NCBI RefSeq assembly: GCF_009914755.1
Contig: NC_060928.1
DNA: 64,000 nt
Strand: one strand, 5' to 3'
From: the human T2T-CHM13v2.0 reference genome, Homo sapiens
Shown here in pieces: positions 28,555 through 42,513 of the stretch. The position numbers and the translations under genes are program-made. The notes under the pieces are model-generated. The model did no database searches, had not been told where the DNA came from, and was given only the letters and a program-made list of their open reading frames with translations. The first letter of the stretch is position 1. Each line of letters opens with the position of its first letter.

Positions 28555-28643
28555 TCCCCATCTCCCTTCCCTGCCCCTTTCTCCTCCTCCTCCTTCCTCC
28601 CCCTCCTCCTCTTCTTCCTCCCCTTCTTCTTCTTTTCCCCTTT
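28555..28643. repeat. CT-rich low-complexity tract
   Basis: (cct)n/(ctt)n run. Confidence 0.85.
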
Positions 28644-29084
28644 GATACCTATCTGTCCTCCTTAAAGAATTCTAGTCACATCCTGGTAGTGTCCCAGCTG
28701 GCTTGAGACCAGAGAGGTTGTCTTTTCTGATAACTTTGCATCCTGAAATGGTGAAAACGAATGCATAAATAACTGATCTTATGGGCTTTTGAAGGCATCT
28801 ACTCCCCAGTGTGTTTCTAATTCTCTAGGGTAGAATGTTTACAGGAGGACAAATAAACGCCCCTCTTGATAATATTAATCCTCTTTTATAACATATCTGG
28901 ATTTGTGTTACTTTTCTATTCTCCTTTTACCATGAGTGAGAAGAGAGAAGAATAAAAGGGATACCAAAATATAGGGACTGTGAAATATTGAAAGCTGAGG
29001 ATTGGGAATTCATAGAAACTATTTCTCTGGATACTATTTTTTCTTACAGCACAACCACATGACTGAAGACAGAGATCATCTGGG

Positions 29085-29212
29085 TCAGTGTTTCAGAAAA
29101 TGTTGCCAAGAAACTTCAAATGCAGATTCCTGGACCTCCGTGCAAACTACTATATTAGAAGTGAGAGTGGGGGTGAGATGGAGGAGAGGTGATATTGAGA
29201 ACCTGCATTTTT
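29085..29212. mobile_element. MER5 left part (split by L1 insertions)
   Basis: cagtgtttc...aaatgcagattcctggacc...gagaacctgcattttt. Confidence 0.7.
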
Positions 29213-31552
<2,340 letters not shown>

Positions 31553-31574
31553 AGAGAACCTGCTCTTTTTTTCT

Positions 31575-31830
31575 CAGTGTTTAAAAAAAACTTTTTATTG
31601 TAAAATCTAACAGATATAGAAGACTATATAAAATAAACCAAATACCCTTATAACCATAGCTAGGTTTAAAAAAATATAATTTTTCCATCCATCTATCCTA
31701 ATCACAGTCCCTTCCCTCTTTTCAAAAGTAATCACAGTCCTGATCTTTACGGTAATCAAGTCTTTATTTTCTTTGTAACTTTACCACCCAAAAGTTCATG
31801 CCTAGTTTAGTTATGCTTTGTATTCCTTTT
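31575..31830 (-). mobile_element. Ancient L1ME-type 3' end fragment (probably transduced)
   Basis: ctttttattgtaaaat...taatcacagtcc...ggtaatcaag...ttttctttgtaactttaccacc...tagtttagtt resembles the L1ME 3' terminus. Confidence 0.6.
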
Positions 31831-31873
31831 TCTAGAACAGGACTGTTTTGTTTTTAATTGTTCCTCCTTTCGT

Positions 31874-32228
31874 TTATTTCCTTTTTTTTTTCCAATGGGG
31901 TTTTGGGAACACGTGGTATTTGGTTACATGACTAGGTTCTTTAGTGGTGATTTCTAAGATTACGGTACAACCATCACCCAAGCAGTGTACCCTGTACCCA
32001 ATGTATAGTCTTTTATCTCTCACCCACTCCCACCCTTTCCCCCGAGTCCCCAAAGTCCATTGTATCATTCTTATGCCTTTGCATCCTCATAGCTCCCACT
32101 TGTGAGAACATATGATGTTTGGTTTTCCTTTCCTGAGTTACTTCACTTAGAATAATTGTCTTCAGTTCCAACCAGGTTGCTTCAAATGCCATTATTTCAT
32201 TCATTTTTATGACTGAATAGAATCCCAT

Positions 32229-32266
<38 letters not shown>

Positions 32267-32317
32267 AAATAATTTCTTTGTCTATTCTTTGAATGATGAA
32301 TGATGAGCATTGGGCTG
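31874..32317 (-). mobile_element. L1PB-type 3' end with internal (TG)n
   Basis: gggaacacgtggtatttggttacatgactaggttctttagtggtgattt; cccgagtccccaaagtccattgtatcattcttatgcctttgc; (TG)n at 32230-32263. Confidence 0.92.
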
Positions 32318-32318
32318 A

Positions 32319-32388
32319 GAGAACCTACATTTTTAACAACTTATTTAGGTGATCCTCAGGAACTCTAAATCATGGGAATCACTGCTAG
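32319..32388. mobile_element. MER5 right part
   Basis: gagaacctacatttttaacaa...aggtgatcct...gggaatcactg. Confidence 0.7.
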
Positions 32389-32544
32389 CCTATCTCCTTA
32401 TACACTTAAGAAGCAAGATCTACAGCCTCCAATGTATCACATTTTATTTCCATAAGCCTTCAAAACCGATCAAGGGTGATGAGGATGGCATTATTTATCT
32501 CAATTATGTATTTTCATTTTCCTTCCTAAAAGAAGATTATATGC

Positions 32545-32915
32545 CTCTATCTGTTGCCATGTGACTTGAAATGCTTCTCTTTGGGAAAGGCATACTCCAT
32601 GGTCTGAGGAGGTCATTTACATCACACTTGGCCATGTAAATTACCATGGCCAATGCAATGTGAGTAAAAGTGATATCTGCTACCTCTGGGTAGATGCTTC
32701 AAGAGCCATCCCATGGCTCTGTCACTATTCTTTCCTTTTGCCACAAAACTAAGGTAAGGCTCTTTCCTTCAGTCTCAATCACCAAATAAGGAAGATATGT
32801 GAGGCAGACCCACAGCTCTCCTAGAACCTACATTGACAGAGTAGGAAATAAACTGTTATTGTTGTAAAGCACTGAGACTTTGAACTTGTTTTCATTTTTT
32901 AATGGAGCATAACAT
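32545..32915 (+). mobile_element. Old MLT1 (I/J-like) LTR
   Basis: tggccaatgcaatgtgagtaaaagtgat...gaaataaactgttattgttgtaaagcactgagact. Confidence 0.7.
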
Positions 32916-35900
32916 AAAGAAAGATTTTCAATCCATGGAGATAAAGCAATTTTTTAAATTTTCTTTCCCATGACAAAAATATGGCCAAGTAAAAGCGAAA
33001 AGTAGCTTGTGCTGCCTCTAAGGTGGTGCAGTAAGTGCAGCTACGAATGCCCATTGAAAGGACAGTCCCAATGTGTATACTAGCTACATACTAGTTTCAT
33101 CCTGCCTTAGCACCCCCATCCTGCACTGTCTCAAGGACAGCAATAGAGCTTTACTCTGTCTTCAAAACAATGGAAGGATGGATTATTTGCCCTGCCCTCC
33201 TCTTACACATATATACAGTTTGGGCAAAAGGAATACCACCAGGCAAATTGTTTTCAAATCTATCTAATTTCTTCGAGACTTTTCCTGTTTGTTTTTCTAA
33301 AATCACCTTCTCTCCTTCCATGGCAACAGGACAAGACAAAACGGTTCTCTTTTAATATTCAAGAGCTGTTGCTCTCAGACAATGTAGTGCTATTCAGCAG
33401 AAAAGCCCTATTCAGCATATTAAAAAATCCCATTAACTCTTCCCTTCTCATTACTTGTGAATTACAGATACCCTGGTCAATACCCTTGTCAGAAACTGAT
33501 TTCATGTTTCTGACATCACAGGTTTTAAACACATATCAGAATGAAAAACAAAGTATATGGCTATTTCTATCTACTCATGTCTCACTGTAAATAAATGAAA
33601 TGGCAGGGTTCTGAAGTTGATATATAACATTAACTTAATAAATACTATTTGAATCTGGAGACTTATACATGGAAAGGAATTTCCAGAAGCTACCTTTCTT
33701 TGGCTCCCAGTCATCTAAATTAATAAAAACATTCTGCAATTAAAAAAAATCTAAAAGATACTGGAAGCAAGTTTAATATGCTGAAAATATACATGCAAGT
33801 CTACTCTATACATGAGTGACAAGTAAGTCACATAGAATTATATTAAAGCAATTATTACATGTCATTTGTGCTTCTTGATTAGTCCAGAGTCCCTATATAG
33901 TACAAAAGCAAATATCTTTGTTTGATGACAACAAGCCAATAATTCCTCGAGGTATAACTGGAACCATGTCATTTGACACAATATACTTTAAAATGGTATG
34001 TGGCTTCAAAACCCAAAGATTTATCAAATATAATTTTGCAAGTGTGCTTACAGGAGCTAATATAAACCTTAGTTTCAAATATTTTGTTTCAAATGTAAGG
34101 AAAAGATGCTTCCATATGGAATAGAGCCATTTAGGAGCCACAATCAATCACTGAAGATAATCAAATGTCCCTGAGCTTCATGACCCAGGCTAATTGAGTT
34201 AGAGGTAATGATACTTGAATATCCTCTTGTTGCCTGATTTAGAAGCCCATGACACTGCTGAGATACTTATATTTAACTCTTAACAGGATTCCATTATGGT
34301 CCAGAAGCTTCTGAGACTGTTGAGGTTGGAAAAAAAAAAAGGGTGCTCTAAACTCCACCAGGACTACCTCCAAGGGGACAATTCTCAGACCAAGATAACT
34401 AGTGGAAATCTGGCAAATTATTTATACAGTTTTTCCTCTTCCTTTCTTAACTACAAGAATTCAAGACATTCCAAGAGGTTTAGGAGCAGTCTACTTGGTC
34501 CCACACTTCCTGGAATACCTCAGAAGACCCCAGAATTGTTTTATAACCCCAGGGAACATCCAAATTTCTATAATATGAAAAAAAATACATGCACACTGAT
34601 TATGGGCTAGACTGTGTGCCTATCAGACTTATATACAACAAACACTTGGATACATCCAGAATCCTTAAATTTTGGGGGTACAAAATATGAGGCTTCATTC
34701 ATCAACTGGCATTCACCACCACAGGCATTGCGACCCCACCACATTTATTATCACTTTGATGGGGACACGTATGCCCTCCATTTCTCGGGTATTCTTTTCC
34801 TTCTCTTACACCTTCTTCTTATATCAATTTCTTCCCCATCACACTTCCAAAATATATGACCATAATAAGAATGCCATCTAGACTGCTTAGGGCATTTGTT
34901 CATTAAAAAGCCAACTCTCAGCTAAATGAAGAGCCAAAGATCATTAGAGGTGACAGAGCATGGAATTTTTGAAATGAGTACCTCCCATAAGGCCTCAAAT
35001 ATCACCTTGGCCATTTATGACTCTCTTGGTGTGTATTTTATACACCATTTATTTAAAACAGCTTAGAGAGAAGGTCATTCAGGTATTTGGATGTGGGTTA
35101 ACATCTAAAATGAACCACGGTTTATTATTCTTCTTATTGTCCACTTACTAAGGATAGTATAGTAGATGGTTGAAGTCTATGTCCTCATTTAAGAAAGTGC
35201 AAAAACGGCACTTTTCCTCTGTCCATATTAGAATGAATATCTTGATATTTAAGGCTCTAACCCTTTAGGAGTGAGTGGTAATTTTGTGCATATAGTATAT
35301 CTGCACTTCATCCTTCTAACTCTTGAGCATAATATTCTAACTCAGGCAGAGAAGAGCTGTGGCAAAAGGATGTTAGTGTTGGCAGCAATGTTCCCTTTAA
35401 ATGGATTGGATCTATAAGACAATCTTATCAAGCTTGTTCTAGCATAAGTGGCAGCTTTATGTTTAAGAACAAGAGGAGGTAGTGAAGGATACCGTGATGC
35501 ATCATAAAGCTGCAGGATTTTTACAAGCCAAGATAGATGTTGAGATAATGAGAACAGATTCACTTGTCAGAGGCTCTGATGTCAAAACTGGAGTTTTCCA
35601 TTATTTTCAAAAAGAATACTTTTTAATACATTCACAACACAAAAGCATGCAACAGCAATTGATGATCCACAGAAATATATGTGATTAATATAAAAAAGAA
35701 GCATCTACCTCTGGTTGTCCAGAGTGCCTGTGGGTGATATGATAGTTACTTTAAACATTATATATTTTTGAATGTTAACTTGTGCAAGTCCATCTTGTTT
35801 GCTCTCATTAGTCTGGAACTACTTGAAGGGCCATTCTACAAAAAGCAATTCATTTCAGACTATGAGCAGGATTTTTATGAAACTTCTACACAAATGGGAA

Positions 35901-37799
35901 CTGAAGAAATTTAGTCACCATAAGGCAAAAGATGAAGCTCCATCATTAAAATATCTTTGAGAGGAACCGAGAAGACTCAAATGGGTAAGGCTCAGAATGT
36001 AAAGAGATTAATACTAAAATGCCCCCAGAGTACAGTGTGAAACTGTTAATGTCCTATGAATTTGTTAACCTAGAAAAAGAATGGGTTGTGAATCTGAAAG
36101 TGTGGTCATGTTACAGAAGCATTAAGAGAATTTAGGAATGAGAGGATTGCCAGAGCTACTAGGGGCCATCTGATTTCTTTCTGCGATGCTCTCTGGGTGA
36201 AGCATAGAAATAGGCATGATGTCGAATACTTCTGCTTTAAAAGACCAGGACTGAATATCCTAAACAAGGACCAAAGAAAGTATCTTGGATTCTGAAAAGG
36301 AAGTGGGGACAGAGGGCATTCTAGTCAGAACTCCACTAGAAAAAGAAATGACTTAACTATTTGTTGCTTACTGATAAACACAATCACTGGACATTTAGGA
36401 AAGAAGTTATTTAGTATCAGGGATCAAAAAGAATTTGGAAGGTTCCAACGGGATTAAGAAATGAAAATAGAGGAAGATGTATGAGTAGCTTGTTTCAGTA
36501 TATAAACCAGTGATGTAGGCATATGGTGAACACCATTTTTTAGTTTGATGAGAAAACTTAGTAGAATTTTATTTAAAAATGTAAAGGATGTCAAGCACTA
36601 GGTCCTATTATTTCCCTCAAGACCAGTACCCCCAGCTGCTCCAAATGGAGCAGCAAAGTGAAATTAGCCAATTCCCTTGAAAGGTTGTAGTGGTTCAGCT
36701 TCAGGGGGCCTGTTAATTTTCCTTCTCCAGGGGTTCCAAGTGAGGTCTGAGAGCAGAGCAGGGAGGCAGAGTGAAAAGAGGAATTAATAAGCTTTCTAAA
36801 GTATTGCTACCCTTACTTCTTTCAAGGGAATTAGTTAATTTCACTTTGTAACTCCATTCAGATCAGCTCAAGTTTGGGAAAATCTCCAATTAAATAGAGG
36901 GAGAGGGGAGACAAAGGCAATTGGTAGGAAAGAGAGGGAATGGACAGAATTTAAATCGGTGACCTCAATCCAAACATTGCCCCAAATACTCAAAGTACTT
37001 TACAAATAATATTACATATATTTATGAAAGATCTGGCCAGGACATAAAAAGTTTTCATTTTTGTTAATTTTATTCTTCCTTCGAATCTTGGTAAAACTTC
37101 TGAAATATAAATATTTTCTATTTCACCTGAATCACAGGGTTCACAGCAATATCTTTATGCCTGATCCATATAACTTTCTCTCAATTTCTTCACACCTGGA
37201 TGGTATGAATGTCTCTACCCATTTCTGATATGAAATAACAGTATCAAGTGTTTTAAAATTGAAAACAAGAAATAAACACATAGAGGGGACTTCTCTTAAG
37301 CACTGCCTTGAATTATAAAAAGGGAAAAAATGACAATAGAATGAAAGAAACTAATAGAAACAAAAATAAAGAGATGATAAGTGGAAGAGGCTAAAAGGGA
37401 AGATATACATGAAAATAGTAAGCACATATAAATTACCTATGGACATGAAGTATCATATTTTAAAGGTATTATAAAGGGCTTAAGTCAAAACATTAATTTG
37501 ATTTATAATATATAGACAATGGACAAATTGTCCCTAAGAAACACATAAAAATCACTGAAATAAATAATGTAATACAGCCTTTAGCCTAGTGTAAATAAGT
37601 GTTCAATAAAGTACTAGGATTTTAAAATTATTTTTCCATTATCTGTAGAACACTACTGTTTATGCTTCTCTACAATATTTAAGACCTTTTCTTATAAAAT
37701 AATATTTTACCTTTGACAAACTGGACTGACATGAACCAATAATATTAAAACATTAAGGATATACAGGCTAGTCTTTTGATAGGTAACATGATTAAATAG

Positions 37800-38030
37800 A
37801 AAAAGCACAGTTTTGGTGCCAGGTCACAAATAAAATTTATGTTTTTAGGCAGACTCCATATGTGGCATTGGGCACTTTCCTAGGCCATCTTAAGAAAGAA
37901 ATATCAATCTTCTTTCAGAAAATGAGGATAATAAGATCTGCTGTGTAAGACTAGGGGACTAGAGGACATGTATGTAAGGCACCCAAGACGGTACATCTGC
38001 AGTGTCCAACAAACGATAGCTAGTATTATC
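37800..38030 (+). mobile_element. MIR
   Basis: tgtggcattgggcac...aaaatgaggataataag...atgtatgtaaggcaccca. Confidence 0.65.
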
Positions 38031-38089
38031 GTTACTAAAAGTTAAATATGGGTAAGGCTAGGGCTGAAAAGCCATGTAAGAGCTCATCT

Positions 38090-38235
38090 TATCAGCAGAC
38101 TCCCAAACTAGTTTTGCATCAATATAACCTGTATAAAACTTAACAAAAACAGAGATTTGAAGGCCCCACTTCAAATCTGTTCGATCAGAATTTCTGTGAA
38201 TGCTGTCCAGAAATCTAATTCCAATTCACCATGTT
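38090..38235. mobile_element. MER5-like fragment
   Basis: gcatcaatataacctg...ggccccacttcaaatctg...atcagaatttctg...ccagaaatct. Confidence 0.55.
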
Positions 38236-38649
38236 ATTTGTATTAATAATACTTAGATGGGTTAGGTCACTTGCCAATATCTTACAGTGTCCATGCAAAA
38301 ACTAGAATCCTAGTCTTCCTTTGTCTCCATTTGAGCTTGCCTATTATATCACTGTATTTCTATAATCAACTACAGTCTTGTATTCATGGTGTCCTTAGAA
38401 GTCTAATTATTATTATTAACCATTTTGTGGTCTGATTTTGTACACCTGGTAAATCTATGTTTTTTTTTTCCCCAAACTCCAGACTCCTCCTGGCAGACAA
38501 TAACCAAGCATATACTTTGCCCACTTTCTATGGATTCTTCCTGTTACTTTGCCACTGTTTTGTTTACAAACACAGAGCTGAATCAAGAATTCCTATATAG
38601 TAGCTTCACTGAAAGCACATAAAAACAATATTTAACCTAAATACAAACT

Positions 38650-39810
38650 TGTGCTTCTAAACAAGATAGAGTAGCAGGGACCAGATTTACCTTCCTACCT
38701 GAAACAACTGAAAATCTGAACCAAATATAGAAAACAACAGTGCTTAAGACACTGGCCATCAGGCAACAAAGGACAGTGATCACTAAAATGTGGGAAACAA
38801 TGCCTCCCATGCTCCAGCTCACTTCCTAAAGTGAATTTCCAGGCCATCGTGTAGGAAGAGAACAGACTGACAGAACTAAAAAAGGTTCAAATCATACAAC
38901 GTATTGTTTCTGGCCACAATAAAATTAAATTCAAAATCAAAAACAGAAAGATCCCTAGAAAATCCCCAAATATTTGGAAACTGAATAACCATCTACTAAA
39001 TAACCTATTGGTCAAAGAAGAAATCAAAGTAAAATTAGGAAGTATTTTGTAATAAATGAAAATGAAAATACACATATCAAAAATTGTCGAATATGGCCAA
39101 AGTAATGTATGAGAGAAAGTTATAGCATGAATACGCCTACATTAGAAAAGAAGAAAGGTCTTAGGTTTCACCTTAAAAAAAAGGAAAGAAAATTAAGTCT
39201 TTAAGTATAGAAAGGGAAATAACAAAGATCAGAGTGAAAATTAAGAAAATAGTAAACAAAGAAACAATGAAGAACATAAATTATGAAAACCAAAATGCGG
39301 TTATTACTGATCAATAAAATCAATAAACTGCTAACCATACTGATCAGAAAAAAAGAGAAAACACAGAAATTACTAATATCTGAAATGAGAGAGGTGCTAT
39401 CATTACAGATTGTACAGATATTAAAAGAATTATAAAGGGATATTTTTAATAACTTTATAGTAATAAATTTGATGACAGACAAAATGGACAATTTCCTTGA
39501 AAAACAAACAACACTTACTGAAGAAGAAATAGCTTGCATAGTCTCATATACTTTAGTATATAGCCTCATATATACTAAAGAAATGAAAGCTGAAATTTAA
39601 AAAACCTTCTCACAGAGAGAAGTGCTAAGTGGGGGTGGGGAGGAGATTACAAAGGGGCATGAGAAAATTTTTGGAAATTAATGGCTATGTTTATTATTGT
39701 GATGATGGTTTCAAAGATGACTGTCTATGTCAAGATTTATCAAATTGTAAGTTTTCAATATGTGCTGTCAATTGCATTTCAATAATGCTGATTAAAACTG
39801 ATGAAAAAAT
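38650..39810 (+). mobile_element. Ancient L1M: 5'-region piece, ORF2 piece and 3' end joined
   Basis: 38650-38885 resembles an L1M 5' region; 38886-39620 decayed ORF2 (tctggccacaataaaattaaa, aaaatggacaatttccttgaaaaaca); 39625-39810 L1M 3' end (aaggggcatgagaaaattttt...gtgatgatggttt). Confidence 0.8.
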
Positions 39811-40038
39811 ACTTATTGCATTTAAAAAGCATGTGGTAGTTGGTAGTTTGTATTTGCTCAAGAGGACTCCAAAAATTAATCAGAAACATACAATTCCAAT
39901 CTTAGAAAATGATCACAAAAAGAACCTTAAACCAGAAAAGTGAGAATCCCTCAAGTTTAATGACATTGTAGATCTTCTAGAAGTGTTTTTTTCCTTTCTT
40001 GGATGAAAGGTGATTATTTGAATTTCTAATAAAAAATC
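39763..40038 (+). repeat. Inverted duplication, left arm
   Basis: Reverse complement of 41504-41778; shared peptide DFLLEIQIITFHPRKEKNTSRRSTMSLNLRD in ORFs 39913..40155(-) and 41192..41614(+). Confidence 0.97.
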
Positions 40039-40819
40039 TAACATTTTCAAAGATAATGTGTTTACTAATGGTGAGGAGAAAATACCTCTAATCACTATGA
40101 CTGAAATCAGAGAGGAATAATATCCCCATGTCAAAGTGTGTGCAAGTCTGTCCACACCTGTTTCTATTCATCAACAGTATCTGTGCACTTCATAGGCCTC
40201 TCATGAGAATAGAATAAAATAATGCCTAAAAGGAGCTTTTTGTATAAAATGTTTAGTGTTTCTAATATTTTGAATGAACAAGACTCATAAGGTGGAATGG
40301 AAAATAATTTTATTCATTTATCAAATCTGCCTTTACATATCATTCACAGGTGATTATTCCACCCTTCACTGCCTCCCACATCCCCAGTTTATATGGAATC
40401 TAGGGAAGGTCCCATGATTTTTCTGGTCAAACTCAAAAAAGTAAGAAGTCTTTATTGTCCCAAGCTGTTCTGGAACACTGAGTATGTTCTGCCCAATGTA
40501 ATACCAACCCTGGATATAATTCAGTGTTAAAGCTTCGCTCCTGATTAACACTGACCACCTACAGTGTGGGAAGAGAGAAGGAACGATTGCCTTCTTCCCT
40601 TTTATCCTCTTTGTGCTTCAGCATCTCCTCCTTCAGCTTGCTACTGTGGATTTATTATCTCTCCAGGATCTAAACAGAGGAGGCAAAGTAGATAAAAAGG
40701 CAGGAGAGTTTTTACTTAGGCCCTGATATGGTTGTGTTGAGGTTTAAAGCAGATCCTTCCTCTTATGAAAATATTCATGGGTTCTTGGGAAACCCTCATC
40801 ATAGAAAATCATGAAAATC

Positions 40820-40854
40820 GTTTTTTTAATTATTTTATCATACTTGAAGTTCTG
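40820..40854 (-). mobile_element. Ultra-short L1PA 3' terminus with 17-bp TSD
   Basis: agaaaatcatgaaaatc at 40803-40819 and 40855-40871 flank tttttttaattattttatcatacttgaagttctg. Confidence 0.75.
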
Positions 40855-41111
40855 AGAAAATCATGAAAATCTTTAACTAGCAGCCCTCAATGGAAGCACT
40901 CCCTAGAGCATTAGTCAGAACTCTTCTCTTCTTGGGTATCTAGCTGTATACTTTCAACATCTTTTTGTTGAGTTTTCCTTGCACCGCCAAGTAGTCCATT
41001 TGAAGGAGATCTGAAATGACCCTTGAGCACTCTTTCTTTCTCTCATATGTCTCACAATCTGACCAAAGAAAACTGCCTACATTTTGTATCACTTGGAGCC
41101 TAACTACATTC

Positions 41112-41383
41112 TGTATTACTTTCCTAGGGCTGCTGTAACAAAGTAGCACAAACTGGGTGGCTTCAAACAACGGAAAGTTATTTATTGTCTCATGGCTCTG
41201 GAGTTTGGTAATCCAAAATCAAGAGGATGTCAGGGCCATGCTCCCTCTGAACCCTGTAGGGGAGAATCTTTGCCTCCCCTAGCTTCTGGTGCTTGTCGGC
41301 ATTCCTTGCCTTACAGGTGCATCATGCCAACCTCTGCTTCTGCCATCACGTGTCCATTTTCTTCCTATGTGTCTTTGTCTCTT
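41112..41383 (-). mobile_element. MLT1C-like LTR, interrupted
   Basis: tgtattactttcctagggctgctgtaacaaag...cagggccatgctccctctgaa; possible continuation tattagattagggcc at ~41811. Confidence 0.85.
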
Positions 41384-41503
41384 AACTTGACTCTCAAAAT
41401 TTCATCTGTCACATATGCCAACCAACACAATGGCAGCCCTGTGCTCTACTGCCACTGGACCCTCAAGCTGATATATGAGGCATTATTCCTCTCTGACTTC
41501 GGT

Positions 41504-41778
41504 GACTTTTTATTAGAAATTCAAATAATCACCTTTCACCCAAGAAAGGAAAAGAATACTTCTAGAAGATCTACAATGTCATTAAACTTGAGGGATTTTC
41601 ACTTTCTGGCTTAAGGCTCTTTTTGTGATCATTTTCCAAGATTGGAATTGTATGTTTCCAATTGTTAATTTCTGGAGTCTTCTTGAGTGACTACAGACTA
41701 ACTATTAGGCTTTTTAAATGCAATAAGTATTTTTTCATCACATTTTTAATCAGTTTTATTAAAATGCAATTAACAGCA
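41504..41778 (-). repeat. Inverted duplication, right arm
   Basis: Reverse complement of 39763-40038. Confidence 0.97.
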
Positions 41779-42179
41779 TCTCCTTTCGGAACACGGGTAT
41801 TGTTAGCATCTATTAGATTAGGGCCTCAGTCAAGACTGAAGCTGAAATAGCTCCATATTTATTTACATACATAATTGTGAGAGTAGAATAACAATAGTTC
41901 TATTAAAGCAAATGCATACCAACCACATCTATAGTCAGAAATTTTATTCTTAAGGGTTAAAATAAGAAGCATATGTTGCGCAGAGAATTTCTATCTTCTC
42001 TGTTGTTTTCTTGGTGAGGGAAGCCAGATGAGCTTTATTACAAGTCATATGCTATTATTGGCTCATTAATATATAGTGTGACCATGAGTAATAAACCCAA
42101 AAGCATAATAACTGAAATCAATAAGTCATTCAGAAAACTAAAATTAGGCTGTAGTATAAATAGCTATCTCTCCAGATAA

Positions 42180-42513
<334 letters not shown>

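Noticed and set aside
39913-41614. Shared peptide in two ORFs as a duplicated gene
   Set aside because: It is a by-product of the inverted duplication; the longer ORF starts in MLT1 sequence
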